From the sequence record PZ445450.1: 64,000 bases of DNA; one strand, 5' to 3'. Below, in pieces: positions 1 through 10,152 of the stretch. The stretch is from a phage. The position numbers were made by a program, and so were the translations under genes. Numbering within the stretch: the first letter of the stretch is position 1; every line of letters starts with the position of its first letter. The notes under the pieces are model-generated. The model was given only the letters and a program-made list of their open reading frames with translations. It was not told the origin of the DNA and did not search any database.

Positions 1-18
1 ATCCGGGTTTAACACTAG

Positions 19-46
19 GCCCTGCCCGAAAGGGTGGGGCTTTTTG
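19..46 (+). terminator. Rho-independent terminator (GC stem, GAAA loop, T-tract)
   Basis: ccctgcccGAAAgggtgggg followed by cttttt; near-identical copy at 10168-10198. Confidence 0.6.
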
Positions 47-63
47 CATTAGGAGACAGCAAA

Positions 64-828
64 TTGAAATTCATCTACAAAGAACACTACCACAAAGGTG
101 TTGTGTGGAGTCTATTTGACGGGTCTGGTGGTGCAGTTATTGACTGGGCAAAAGCTGGGTACCTGTGCCTGTGCTTTAATGCAGAAGGTGCTGACCACGG
201 CAGTTATGCAGAGGTGATAACCGATCATCCTAACATTCACTATGTGGATTATTGGATTGACCCATGGTTCCCTCAAGAAACTTTTTGCATGTATCCAGCT
301 CCAGACTTTATTCTTGCATTTCCTCCGTGCACGCATTTAGCAGTATCCGGAGCTGCACACTTTAAGAAAAAGCTGGCTAAGGACCCACTGATCCAAATTA
401 ATGCTGTGAAAGATGCTCGGGTTGCGGAAGAGTTGGGAGAGATTTACGATTGCCCGTGGCATGTAGAGAATCCTGTAGGGGTTATGTCCACACTGTGGCG
501 AAAACCTGATTACCGTTTTCATCCTTCGGATTATGGTGGGTATTTACCGGAGGATGATGTAAACCCCTGGTTTCCTGAATTTATAGCTCCACGTGATGCC
601 TATCCAAAAATAACTTGCGGCTGGATAGGCAATGGATTTATAATCCCGGCCACAAAACCTGTCCCGCAAATAGTTGACGCGGTTAGCGGGTATTCCATGC
701 AACACGCCAAGCTGGGTGGAAAGAGTGCAAGAACGAAGATGATCCGAAGCCTCACGCCACGTGGCTGGGCAAAAGCCGTATTCTTAGCAAACGAGCCTGT
801 AGTAAGGAGCAGAATTAATGGGAAGTAA
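64..828 (+). CDS. DNA cytosine-C5 methyltransferase-like protein
   Basis: Motif I LFDGSGG, motif IV FPPCTHLAVSGA (PPC catalytic Cys), motif VI HVENPVG; start placed at TTG 64 after AGGAGA RBS because the GTG at 34 lies inside the terminator hairpin. Confidence 0.5.
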   Translation: MKFIYKEHYHKGVVWSLFDGSGGAVIDWAKAGYLCLCFNAEGADHGSYAEVITDHPNIHYVDYWIDPWFPQETFCMYPAPDFILAFPPCTHLAVSGAAHFKKKLAKDPLIQINAVKDARVAEELGEIYDCPWHVENPVGVMSTLWRKPDYRFHPSDYGGYLPEDDVNPWFPEFIAPRDAYPKITCGWIGNGFIIPATKPVPQIVDAVSGYSMQHAKLGGKSARTKMIRSLTPRGWAKAVFLANEPVVRSRINGK

Positions 829-2896
829 ATTTATGGCATCTGCATACAACCGTTTCGGTGAGCCAAACCCGAAAGCAACTAAGTATAAAAGTGGGGGAAG
901 TGTGAAACGAGACTATCGTGATGAAAAAGAGGTTGAAACTGTAGAGACTGTTTTAGAAAATACTAAAATCGTCCCTGTCCCACAACAAAATATCGGTCTG
1001 ATGGCTGCACAATATTTTGGTGTGCGATCAGCATTGTCCCAAGAAGACGGTGTGACAGTTACTGCAACATATTTCCCATATTACGACCGCTACGGAAATC
1101 TGTCCGGTTTCAAAAAGCGTGACTGGACGATTCCTAAAGAGCAAAGAGGCCATTTCTCCGTTGTTGGCATAGTAAAGGCTAACTCTCAGATGTTTGGTCA
1201 AAAGCTGTGTGCATCTTCCAACAACCGTAAGCAGATTAACGTTTGTGAGGGAGAAGGTGATGTTATTGCAGCATGGCAGGCTGCATATCAGATACAAGTA
1301 AAAGGGATTCTCACCAACGCTAAAGCCCCAGCAAAGGTGAAGCAGTGGGCTAAAGAGGTCCAGGACGGGATCGACGCAGTTATCAACGGTGGTGATCTGG
1401 CAGGAAAACCCTGCCTGCCTTTTGTTGGAATTAACTGTGGATGTGCAAACGCAGTAGATACTTTTGCAAACAATGAGAAGTTTATCCGTAGCTATGGAAC
1501 AGTTGTGCTGGCAATGGATAACGATGCAGCTAACGAGGTAGAGAAGCAAAAACACGTCATTAAAGGTGTTGAGGCTACGCACAATATCGCAGCATTTTTG
1601 ATGGCTGATAACGTTTACCACGTAGAGTACCCTGGTGAAGTAAACGATCCTGACGGTGTAAAAGATATCCGTGACATGCTGAAGGCTAAAAAGCTGGAAG
1701 ATATTGTAAACATGTTCCGGCATCCTGTTAAGTATGTACCGGATGCTGTATCGGATTTAGAAGACTTCTCTATCGAATCTTTGCGGAAAAAGACTTCCAA
1801 CGGGGTAGATATCAGCGCAGAGTTCCCAAAACTGCAAAAAATGCTAAAAGGCTTGCACAAAGGGACACTCGTAATGCTTACAGGTCCATCAGGAGGCGGT
1901 AAAACAACTGTAGCTAAAAAACTGGAACACTGTATTGCAAGATACCTAATGGACCCGACATGTCCAAAGGCTGATGATTACGAAGAGGATGATCGTCTAT
2001 GCATGATTCATCTTGAGGAGGACCCAGAGGAAGCAATTAACTCCTTGTATGCAAACCAGTTAGGGTTTGATGTTAAAGAGTTTGTTGAAGATCCTAGCCA
2101 GTTTTTAACTGATCAAGAACACGCAGAGATTCACCAATCATGGGCAAAAGCTGGAAAAATCAAAGTGTTCAAACATTTCGGGTCTATTCCGGTGGACGAG
2201 TTGATTACCAAGCTTAAGCAAATGGTTTGCCTGTACCATTGTCGTTATATTGTGCTGGATCACCTGTCCATGGTAATTTCGGGGCTTAATGTTAAGGATG
2301 AGCGAAAAGAGCTGGACATGGCTATGACCCAACTGGCTGCGTTTTGTAAGCAGTTTAACGTGTTTATCTTGGTGATCGCTCACCTCAAACGTACAGAGAT
2401 TGTGCCTCCTAAAGACAAGGATGGTAACCCGTTACCTTTCTGGTATCCTGTGCGAAAAGAGAATTTGCGAGGATCGGCTGGGCTTGAACAGTTGAGTTGG
2501 GTAGTCATAGGTGTCGAGGCCGAAGAAATGGTGGATCGTTCTCGTGGGCGTGTCCGTTTAGTAGGTCTTAAAAACCGTCCAGCAAAAACATTGGGTATTG
2601 CAGACACTTTGGTTATGGACCCACATACAGGTAAGTTTCATGATGCCAGTAATTGGTACTGGGACAAAGAAATGCAAATGTTTACAGATGGAGAAGGTGG
2701 GGAGGTTGTTTGGAGACCTCAGGCTATGTTTGAGGATCAGGAGCATGCAGTTGTAGAAACACCTATGGGCAAGGTTGTGGCTGATAAGGTTGTAACTCCT
2801 ACTGTTAAGCCTGTTGACACACAAGAAGACCTTCCGTATGATGATCCGTCCTCTGACCCTGTTCCTGGTTTTGAAGACGATGAAACACCTTTTTAA
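818..2896 (+). CDS. Primase-helicase (toprim plus DnaB/T7 gp4-like helicase)
   Basis: Toprim-like CEGEGDVIA and MDNDAANE; Walker A GPSGGGKTT; acidic C-terminus ending EDDETPF; RBS AGGAG upstream. Confidence 0.8.
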   Translation: MGSKFMASAYNRFGEPNPKATKYKSGGSVKRDYRDEKEVETVETVLENTKIVPVPQQNIGLMAAQYFGVRSALSQEDGVTVTATYFPYYDRYGNLSGFKKRDWTIPKEQRGHFSVVGIVKANSQMFGQKLCASSNNRKQINVCEGEGDVIAAWQAAYQIQVKGILTNAKAPAKVKQWAKEVQDGIDAVINGGDLAGKPCLPFVGINCGCANAVDTFANNEKFIRSYGTVVLAMDNDAANEVEKQKHVIKGVEATHNIAAFLMADNVYHVEYPGEVNDPDGVKDIRDMLKAKKLEDIVNMFRHPVKYVPDAVSDLEDFSIESLRKKTSNGVDISAEFPKLQKMLKGLHKGTLVMLTGPSGGGKTTVAKKLEHCIARYLMDPTCPKADDYEEDDRLCMIHLEEDPEEAINSLYANQLGFDVKEFVEDPSQFLTDQEHAEIHQSWAKAGKIKVFKHFGSIPVDELITKLKQMVCLYHCRYIVLDHLSMVISGLNVKDERKELDMAMTQLAAFCKQFNVFILVIAHLKRTEIVPPKDKDGNPLPFWYPVRKENLRGSAGLEQLSWVVIGVEAEEMVDRSRGRVRLVGLKNRPAKTLGIADTLVMDPHTGKFHDASNWYWDKEMQMFTDGEGGEVVWRPQAMFEDQEHAVVETPMGKVVADKVVTPTVKPVDTQEDLPYDDPSSDPVPGFEDDETPF

Positions 2897-2954
2897 TGTT
2901 TAACCAAGAGTGGGAGGGGTAGTACAACCGCCTCCCCTTTAAGGAGAACACTTT

Positions 2955-5732
2955 ATGAGTATGTATAGCTTCGATTTTGAGGCCTCTGGGCTTTTGGAAG
3001 ATCCAGACCTTTATTATCACTGCGGCCTGTTTAAAGCGTTGAATAAGAACCGTTTTATGCTGTTCCTTCCTCTGAATGACCGCACACACTACTCCGAGGA
3101 GGATATAGAAAAGGCTAAGAACTTCATTCTGGCAAAGAAAACTCTTTATAAAGATTTTGAAGTTCGCATAGCAGATTTTTCGGAGTTGGAAGGTTGGCTT
3201 ACAGGCAATTCTGACTGGTCACCAACAGCTTTGAACTGCCATAACTGCTACAGTTATGACTTTATGCTAATGGAAAGATTATCCGGTATTCATTTTGATA
3301 TGTTCCGTGATCCTAAATGCATGGGGACTATCAACGACCACCAGGTTAACCTGTTTGATACGTTGGCTATGAGCCGAATCTTGTGGCCTGATCGCCCTTT
3401 ACCAAAAGGTTGTCCGGACGCTGTATTCAACCCGGTTACTAAGAAAATGCAACCTGTTGGTCCTCACGGCCTTATGGCATGGGGCTACGCCCTTGGTAAC
3501 CAGAAAGTTCAAATTGATGACTGGCGCGATCTTCCGCTGTGGAAATATGTGGATCGTGTGTTCGAGGACGTTATCATCCAGGAGTTGCTCTGGAAAGAGT
3601 TGGTAGCGGAATCAAAAGGTGTATTCTACGGCAAATCTGACATGCAGAACTTTATGTATGACCCTGCCAAAGAGAAGCCTAAAGGATTCAAGAAGATTAC
3701 CTGGAAGAATGCATTACGCCGAGGCATGCTGCAGCATTTCCTGATGGAGTTGCAGGCTCGACAGGGTGTGTATTTCGACATAGATGGGGCTATTGCTTTA
3801 CGTGACCGCTGCGATGCGTGGATGAAAGAGATCGCTGATCGTGTTGAACCACAACTTCCTTTAAAAGAGTTATCAATGTCTCAGCGGCCTAAGTTCCCTG
3901 AAAAGCCGTTTAACCAGGATGGGACAATCTCCAATAATGGTTGGAAATGGTTAAAAGACAAGCTTGGCTACCCTGTGGACATGAGTGCTTTAGAATTCAA
4001 AGCTCCTCCTAAGCGAGCATTTACCTCCACAGGAGATGTCAGTAAGATGGGGATAAAATGGTGTGAAGAGATGGGCTGTAAAGACCCTGATAAGATGGCG
4101 GATTTCTTGAGGGGCTATATCAAGGGCACCTCCACACCACAACCTTTACCTAAAGAGCTAATGGATCAGGCAATAAGCGATCTACAGCAGAAGCGAATGC
4201 CTGACTGCAAGATACCTATGAAAATCAGCAATCAGGACGATATTAAGCGATACCTGATCAGTGCTGGTTGGCTTCCGACAATGTGGAGAACTAAGGATGT
4301 AACTAAAGACAGCAAGAAGAAAGCTCTACCTGATGCAGATGTTGATGCACGAGTGTATGCATATATGGACGAGCTTTTAGAGTCAGAGTATTGTGACCTA
4401 ATTATCAACTTCTGGAACAAAACTGATGCTAAGTTCCAGACAACCGTGCACAAGTTCCGAAGCTTTCCTAACTCCGAAAGGATTAAAAAGGAAGTATTCG
4501 GGAAAATACGTAGAAAAGCTAGGGCACTTATTACTTCTCCGCAACTGAAAGATACGTTTGGACACCTATGCCCGAATCTTGAAAAATTGAACGGAGAGAT
4601 GGCTAAAGATATCGTCTTGTGGTTATCATTGCGAAACCGCAGATCGGTCCTTGATCCAATCAAGGAGGATAAGGTTGATACTGGTCTTCTTAATCACCCA
4701 CGTTTGAAGATTGACCATAAGCTTCCTGCTAAAAGTTCTGGATTAACAAACACTTCCCGACAGAAACACAGTATTTGTGCAAACATGCCTAAACCATCTC
4801 CTAAAGTGGTTATGGGTAAAGAGATGCGTAGTCTGTGGGGTGTTCCTCCAGGATACTTTGAGATCGGTATTGACGGGTCCAACTTAGAGCAGCTTATCGG
4901 GGCTTGGGGTGCCTTTGAGTTCGACAACGGCTTGTACTATGATGTTGTAAGTAACGGAGACGCACACCAAAACAATGCTGAGGCATATACAAAAGTAGCA
5001 GGCAAAGAGGTGTCTCGTAACGACGGTAAACCTATCACGTATGGGGTTATGTACGGGGCACAAAAAGATAAAGTTGCAGATATGCTGGATATCTCCCCAG
5101 AGTTGGGGCAAAGGGTGATCGATGCACTTTGGGATGCCAACCCCGGTCTTAAGGGGCGCAAAGAGGATCTGGAGAAATTCTGGGAAGCAACAGGTAAGAA
5201 GTTTATCTACTCTTTTGATGGTCATGCTATCTGGACCCGATCTAAACACTCTTTACTTAATGCATACCAACAAAATGGTGGTGCATCGCTGTGTGACTTA
5301 GTTGGGATACTCATGCACCACCAAATGGTGAAGCGTGGGTGGTACGATGAAGGTGTCCGTCGTATTATTTATTACCATGATGAGTACCAACTTCAGGTCC
5401 CTGACACACCTAAGTATAAGACTGTGTACACCTTCGACACAATTGAAGAATTGGAAGCATTTAAGGCAGAGCAGGAGGCCAAACTTCATGTGTTCGACGG
5501 TCATAAGTACAAAAAGGCACGCAAGGATGAAAACGGAAACGAAGTGGTTGACAGAGACGGAAACACGGTGTACGATCCTATCCTGAACGATGACGGAAAG
5601 CTTGAACTTATCTGGAGCCCTGTGGGTGAAATGGTGGTGCATTGCTTCTGGCAAGCTTCTAAAATGATGGGCGTTCCATTCCAGATCACAGGTGAATACT
5701 TGTGCGGTCGTAACTGGGGTGATTGTCACTAA
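2955..5732 (+). CDS. DNA polymerase, family A, with 3'-5' exonuclease domain
   Basis: Exo I FDFEASG; motif A IDGSNLEQL; motif B RNDGKPITYGVMYG; motif C YYHDEY; RBS AAGGAGA. Confidence 0.9.
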   Translation: MSMYSFDFEASGLLEDPDLYYHCGLFKALNKNRFMLFLPLNDRTHYSEEDIEKAKNFILAKKTLYKDFEVRIADFSELEGWLTGNSDWSPTALNCHNCYSYDFMLMERLSGIHFDMFRDPKCMGTINDHQVNLFDTLAMSRILWPDRPLPKGCPDAVFNPVTKKMQPVGPHGLMAWGYALGNQKVQIDDWRDLPLWKYVDRVFEDVIIQELLWKELVAESKGVFYGKSDMQNFMYDPAKEKPKGFKKITWKNALRRGMLQHFLMELQARQGVYFDIDGAIALRDRCDAWMKEIADRVEPQLPLKELSMSQRPKFPEKPFNQDGTISNNGWKWLKDKLGYPVDMSALEFKAPPKRAFTSTGDVSKMGIKWCEEMGCKDPDKMADFLRGYIKGTSTPQPLPKELMDQAISDLQQKRMPDCKIPMKISNQDDIKRYLISAGWLPTMWRTKDVTKDSKKKALPDADVDARVYAYMDELLESEYCDLIINFWNKTDAKFQTTVHKFRSFPNSERIKKEVFGKIRRKARALITSPQLKDTFGHLCPNLEKLNGEMAKDIVLWLSLRNRRSVLDPIKEDKVDTGLLNHPRLKIDHKLPAKSSGLTNTSRQKHSICANMPKPSPKVVMGKEMRSLWGVPPGYFEIGIDGSNLEQLIGAWGAFEFDNGLYYDVVSNGDAHQNNAEAYTKVAGKEVSRNDGKPITYGVMYGAQKDKVADMLDISPELGQRVIDALWDANPGLKGRKEDLEKFWEATGKKFIYSFDGHAIWTRSKHSLLNAYQQNGGASLCDLVGILMHHQMVKRGWYDEGVRRIIYYHDEYQLQVPDTPKYKTVYTFDTIEELEAFKAEQEAKLHVFDGHKYKKARKDENGNEVVDRDGNTVYDPILNDDGKLELIWSPVGEMVVHCFWQASKMMGVPFQITGEYLCGRNWGDCH

Positions 5733-5781
5733 TGTAAACTATCAGCACAGGGAGGTGCTGTTGAGCAAAGAGGAGACTTTT

Positions 5782-6066
5782 ATGGTAGTAGAGCCAACAA
5801 AAACATTTACATCCATGACCATTCCTGTTATTATGCAGGTGGAGTGTGTTCAGGTATCTCAAGTGTGGCCTGGCACCAAAATCCCAACAGGGCCTGATTT
5901 CTTTCAGGTTGGGAAAGTGTACAATGTCTGGAAGGCACCAGATTGTTACCCTTTCATTAAAGATGACCGTGGGATGCTGTGGTATCTTGGAAATGACTTG
6001 ACACTGCACCTTGGGAATGCTATTATTGCAGTATTCAGACTTAACAAGAAGGAGACCGATCAATGA
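5782..6066 (+). CDS. Hypothetical protein
   Basis: ORF with AGAGGAGA RBS; start refined to ATG 5782. Confidence 0.5.
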   Translation: MVVEPTKTFTSMTIPVIMQVECVQVSQVWPGTKIPTGPDFFQVGKVYNVWKAPDCYPFIKDDRGMLWYLGNDLTLHLGNAIIAVFRLNKKETDQ

Positions 6067-6290
6067 CGACTTTGGTTAAAGCTACCTTTGTAGAAGAAAA
6101 GATGACAGACCTGTCATTCTTTAAAGAAGGAAAGACCTACGAGGTTTATTACGATAAAGCTCGTGCAAACAAAATGATTAAAGACGAGGAAGGGGTTGCC
6201 TGGTATATCTCTCACCTGGCAAACGGTGAGTATCATATCTACGGAACCACTTTGCTTGCCAAGTTTGTAGTTGTTGAAGAGGACCTATGA
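6063..6290 (+). CDS. Hypothetical protein
   Basis: ATGA start/stop overlap with upstream gene (translational coupling). Confidence 0.5.
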   Translation: MTTLVKATFVEEKMTDLSFFKEGKTYEVYYDKARANKMIKDEEGVAWYISHLANGEYHIYGTTLLAKFVVVEEDL

Positions 6291-6481
6291 AAGTAAAGTA
6301 TCTTGCTGAAGGTATGAATAGGTATTTTACCCTTGGTGAAGAATATTGGCCCTTTACAAACAACGGTGATGTCTACGTGAAAGATAATTTCGGCACGCCG
6401 TGGTTTCTGCACTCTAATGGGCTGGGATACTCCATTTACTGCGGTGCAGTGAACAACACAACTCTTGCAGAGTTCGTTTAG
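6287..6481 (+). CDS. Hypothetical protein
   Basis: ATGA overlap coupling. Confidence 0.45.
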   Translation: MKVKYLAEGMNRYFTLGEEYWPFTNNGDVYVKDNFGTPWFLHSNGLGYSIYCGAVNNTTLAEFV

Positions 6482-6491
6482 AGGAGGTAGG

Positions 6492-6863
6492 ATGTTAGTA
6501 AAAGGTACCCACACAGTCAAACAACGTATTGAAGTTGAGATTGATGATTGTGAGCTGAAGCATATTTTACGGTCATGCTCCAACGTTTTGCTCCTTAGTA
6601 TTCTCCAGGAGCGAGCGGAGAACGAGTTCTTAAATGCACTGGCAGGCCGCCCTGGTGATTTCTGTGTGCGTAAGCGTGGTGACAACAAGTCATGGCTGTG
6701 GGAGATAGACGCAGAATGGGATTACCATAAAAATGAGGGTATAGATGAACCTATTCGTGAATTGACGGACAACGAGGTTCAGATGTACAATGAAGTTTGT
6801 CAGTGGGCAAAAAGTCAACAAACTTATCTTGATCCTTGGTGGATGATCGAAAATAGTCGTTGA
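6492..6863 (+). CDS. Hypothetical protein
   Basis: GAGGAGGTAGG RBS before ATG 6492. Confidence 0.5.
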   Translation: MLVKGTHTVKQRIEVEIDDCELKHILRSCSNVLLLSILQERAENEFLNALAGRPGDFCVRKRGDNKSWLWEIDAEWDYHKNEGIDEPIRELTDNEVQMYNEVCQWAKSQQTYLDPWWMIENSR

Positions 6864-6886
6864 CAGGAAGTAAGATTAGATATAAG
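6860..6886 (+). promoter_or_regulatory. Sigma70-like promoter
   Basis: TTGACA, 15 nt spacer, TATAAG. Confidence 0.4.
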
Positions 6887-6939
6887 ATGCTTCACACAAA
6901 CAGAGCGTTGATTGTTTAACACTTAAGGAGACCGCTAAG

Positions 6940-7194
6940 ATGAAAATTACTCTGAAGCCAGAATGCGTTGAAAATGACCGAGCTTTTAAAGATTGCACAA
7001 TCGGTGCAATTTATGAAGCAGAGTTTTGTGAGAACCCTTTGGTAAAAGCCCTTCTGGAAGAAGGAGCTCCTCTATCACAGGAAGAGCTTGATGAGTTGGA
7101 AAACTCAGCACAGTGCCTTACCTTTAAAGATGATGAAGGAGACTCTGTCTGGTGCACTGTTAATGAAGTAGTTTTTGTAAAACCTGAACATTAA
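6940..7194 (+). CDS. Hypothetical protein (tandem paralog A)
   Basis: AAGGAGA RBS; shares AF.DCT...DD.GD..CT pattern with next gene. Confidence 0.55.
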   Translation: MKITLKPECVENDRAFKDCTIGAIYEAEFCENPLVKALLEEGAPLSQEELDELENSAQCLTFKDDEGDSVWCTVNEVVFVKPEH

Positions 7195-7197
7195 TGC

Positions 7198-7226
7198 TTG
7201 ACAACAGTCATAGGGCTTACTATAAT
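7198..7226 (+). promoter_or_regulatory. Consensus sigma70 promoter
   Basis: TTGACA, 17 nt spacer, TATAAT. Confidence 0.6.
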
Positions 7227-7257
7227 GGCCCTATCAAAACGAAAGGGGACCACAGCA

Positions 7258-7530
7258 ATGACCAAACAATATCAACGAATTAAAGCCAAGGTTAAGCCAG
7301 ACTATCTGGAGAAGGACTCTGCTTTTCGGGACTGCACAGCTGACAAAGTTTACACAGGGGCCGTCCTGTTGAACGATGAACTTGAAGTAGATATTCTGGG
7401 TAAAGAGGCCACTATTAAGGACGACCAAGGCGATTATGTTTGCTGCACCACACGTGAGCTAGAAATCTTAGAATACTTCGGTGAAATCTTCACCTCTCTT
7501 GATGATTACTTAGATGATGAGGAAGCGTGA
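7258..7530 (+). CDS. Hypothetical protein (tandem paralog B)
   Basis: Start refined to ATG 7258, downstream of the promoter at 7198. Confidence 0.5.
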   Translation: MTKQYQRIKAKVKPDYLEKDSAFRDCTADKVYTGAVLLNDELEVDILGKEATIKDDQGDYVCCTTRELEILEYFGEIFTSLDDYLDDEEA

Positions 7531-7919
7531 TGAAAAATATTTGGGATATCGATATCTTTGAAGCCTCTAAGCTTGATGGTGCTGATGGAGTGATTATGGT
7601 GTCTGATGGCAAGGCAACACTAACTTCCGGAGATATCATCTATGCCTTGGACGAGCTGGCGCTTCTGAAATCTACCGGTAACACTTTAGAGGAGCGTCTT
7701 CAAGGCTTCGCCTTCAAAGAAGGCACAAATACCGCCATGATGTGCACCACACGGACAGTTCAAGTTGGTAACGGTGTCTATATGATCATTGCTGTGTGTC
7801 CTAAATTCAGCAACGTCAACAAAGATGATGCTGACGCTGTCAACGATGTGGTTGTTCTCTTCGTGGGTGACGCTATGGCAGATCTGATGAATGCAGGAGA
7901 AGCAGCAAATGAAGACTGA
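7527..7919 (+). CDS. Hypothetical protein
   Basis: ATGA coupling; 130 aa ORF. Confidence 0.5.
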   Translation: MMKNIWDIDIFEASKLDGADGVIMVSDGKATLTSGDIIYALDELALLKSTGNTLEERLQGFAFKEGTNTAMMCTTRTVQVGNGVYMIIAVCPKFSNVNKDDADAVNDVVVLFVGDAMADLMNAGEAANED

Positions 7920-8211
7920 AAACATCACCCCCGCAGGGTTCTTAAAAGTATACCGTGAACTGCTATATACTACAGAGGACAGTGTTCTAGAGTATCCAGA
8001 ATATCTTTTGCTGTATAAGTATCTGCAGGAGGCTGGTGAAAATCTGCCAGTTAGTGCAGAAGGTGGTCCGAACTGGATATACAGCGCATGGAGAAAGGTT
8101 GACATTCTCCCCGACCCAGGTAAAGATATGGTAGTTTGGCAGCTTATTAACAACATCGGGATTCCAATCTTTGATGAAGCTGTTAAAATCTATTTTGAAC
8201 TTGACGATTAA
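7909..8211 (+). CDS. Hypothetical protein
   Basis: AGGAGA RBS before ATG 7909. Confidence 0.45.
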   Translation: MKTENITPAGFLKVYRELLYTTEDSVLEYPEYLLLYKYLQEAGENLPVSAEGGPNWIYSAWRKVDILPDPGKDMVVWQLINNIGIPIFDEAVKIYFELDD

Positions 8212-8228
8212 TATCAGGAGACCTTAAG

Positions 8229-8474
8229 ATGACTGAAGTAGTTGCTCGCGCAGGACAGAAAGTACGTTGTGTTGAAGTAGGTTTTGGTGGCAAAGGGTGT
8301 CAAAACTTGACTCAAGGTAAGGAATACGCTGTTATTTCTGGTGGTGGCGACGAAAGTATTGTGTTCGAGGGCCACATCCTGGATGCTGAAAACTTTGAAA
8401 TCTTTGACGACGATGGGGATCCGATCACCTGCCTGCTGGACGGGAATTGGGGAACTTTCGAAGTGATTGGCTAA
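8229..8474 (+). CDS. Hypothetical protein
   Basis: CAGGAGA RBS. Confidence 0.5.
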   Translation: MTEVVARAGQKVRCVEVGFGGKGCQNLTQGKEYAVISGGGDESIVFEGHILDAENFEIFDDDGDPITCLLDGNWGTFEVIG

Positions 8475-8557
8475 CAAATACCTATTGTAATTTACAGAAG
8501 GAGATGCTAAAATAGTGTCTCCTTCTATGTTGTTCAAATAAAATCGGAGATTCCATA

Positions 8558-8923
8558 ATGGAACAAATGAACGATCAAGCGTCGGTTGCGATGAACGAGC
8601 AAGAACAACCTCAAGAATTTTTCTTAGGGTTAAGTAAAGATCAAGTGTCTCTTTTGCTAGTGCTTTCTTCTTTCATGGGAAGACTTCAGGAGCTCACACA
8701 ACAACCGGAGGCTGAACAATTATTTCAGGCTCTGCGTGAAGAAGAAAAATATCGTCGTTTGGACTATGCCTTAGGTTGGGTAGCTCAACAACGAGATATG
8801 CTGATGGCCCTCTCTGGGACCACAAGTTTTGCAATGGGCCTGTTGGCTCAAGTTCAGGACAAATTAATTCAAGCAGGGTTTGCACACACGGCAAACACTA
8901 ACGAAGAACAAGGAGACAAATAA
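8558..8923 (+). CDS. Hypothetical protein
   Basis: GGAGA RBS. Confidence 0.5.
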   Translation: MEQMNDQASVAMNEQEQPQEFFLGLSKDQVSLLLVLSSFMGRLQELTQQPEAEQLFQALREEEKYRRLDYALGWVAQQRDMLMALSGTTSFAMGLLAQVQDKLIQAGFAHTANTNEEQGDK

Positions 8924-10152
8924 TGAGCGTTATTCAACAATTCGCTAACCCGATGAATCCGCGTGAAACTGTTTTACTGGCTCACGGCATGATTAAACGC
9001 GTCAGCATCAAGCCTATCAAAGGTGCTGATCCTACAACAGGTATTAAAACCACTGTGTGGCAAGGTAAGAAAATTGAGTCCAGCCACACCATCTCTTTAC
9101 TGATTTCTGAACTGGATTCCTCTGATAACCTGCTTCAAGGTGGTGAAGAAGTCTGGATCAGCATGGGTGATAAACTGCTTAAACCGGGTCATCAAGACTC
9201 TGTCTCTGTTAAGATTGATGACAAGTGGGAAACCGTAACGCCAGGATGGATCGTAAATATCCCTTTGAAGGCAAACGAGCATAACGGTAAGACCTACTAC
9301 AAAGGCTCACTGGCTAAGATGGTTAAGCTGGGCGCAGGAGAGGCTCCAGCAGCGACTCAGCAGCAAAAACAGCAACAAGGTGCACAATCACAAGGCCAGA
9401 AGCAGAAACCTCAGCAGAATGCCAATCAGGACGTTTTACGCATCTATGGTGATGTGACTCAGATTGTTGGCAACGTGGTTACTGTAAATGACCACAAGAT
9501 TGGCGAAGGTGCTATGGTTGTAACTGATGAGCAGCTTAAAGACCTGGTGGTAGGCGGTCGTGTTGCAGCCATTGTGGACAAAGACACCGGAAACATTATC
9601 AGTGGTTTCAAAGCCTACCCACCTAAGGCAGAGAACGGCACTCAAGGCCCTGGTGGCAAGCGTAAATCCTCTTACGACCCTATTGGTGTGGAGACGGGGC
9701 ATAGCATCAATGCGTTGCAGATCATCCTGGATCGTGGGTTTAAGGTAGACGACCCACTAGGCGTGGCTAAAACACTGCACGTAGTCACCATCGAGCTTAA
9801 GAAAGAGTATGCTCAAGCCACCAACCGAACTGAAGATGAAGTAGGTGCCAGTGTCGGTAATGCGGTGTTGAACGCTTGTCGCCGTATTGACAAGAAAACG
9901 AAAGTTGATGATTTTGCAGCGGCAATTACTGCAGAAGCAAAAGATGTTTTGACTAATCTGGCTGAGCCGTTGTACGATTGGATCAAGAACGGTGCTGAGT
10001 CCACTGACCATCAAGAACCTCAAGCTGCCAAACAGGAAGAAGCCGCTCCACAGCAAAACACTGTAGACGCCCCTCCTGTAAATGATGAGGAAGATGACCC
10101 GATGGATCAGAATCCAGCACAGTACGCCTTTGATGATGACATCCCTTTTTAA
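8923..10152 (+). CDS. Putative ssDNA-binding protein with host-SSB-like acidic tail
   Basis: Gln/Gly-rich linker and C-terminus DDDIPF, identical to the E. coli SSB tip; the N-terminal fold is not verified. Confidence 0.5.
   Translation: MSVIQQFANPMNPRETVLLAHGMIKRVSIKPIKGADPTTGIKTTVWQGKKIESSHTISLLISELDSSDNLLQGGEEVWISMGDKLLKPGHQDSVSVKIDDKWETVTPGWIVNIPLKANEHNGKTYYKGSLAKMVKLGAGEAPAATQQQKQQQGAQSQGQKQKPQQNANQDVLRIYGDVTQIVGNVVTVNDHKIGEGAMVVTDEQLKDLVVGGRVAAIVDKDTGNIISGFKAYPPKAENGTQGPGGKRKSSYDPIGVETGHSINALQIILDRGFKVDDPLGVAKTLHVVTIELKKEYAQATNRTEDEVGASVGNAVLNACRRIDKKTKVDDFAAAITAEAKDVLTNLAEPLYDWIKNGAESTDHQEPQAAKQEEAAPQQNTVDAPPVNDEEDDPMDQNPAQYAFDDDIPF

Noticed and set aside
34-63. GTG start at 34 for the first gene
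   Set aside because: Position 34 lies inside the stem of the terminator hairpin at 19-46; TTG at 64 with an AGGAGA RBS is a more plausible start.
1028-5729. Antisense ORFs inside the helicase and polymerase genes (for example 1028-1723, 4232-4663, 5298-5729 on the - strand)
   Set aside because: They lie entirely within strongly supported + strand genes with conserved motifs, lack RBSs and have low-complexity translations.
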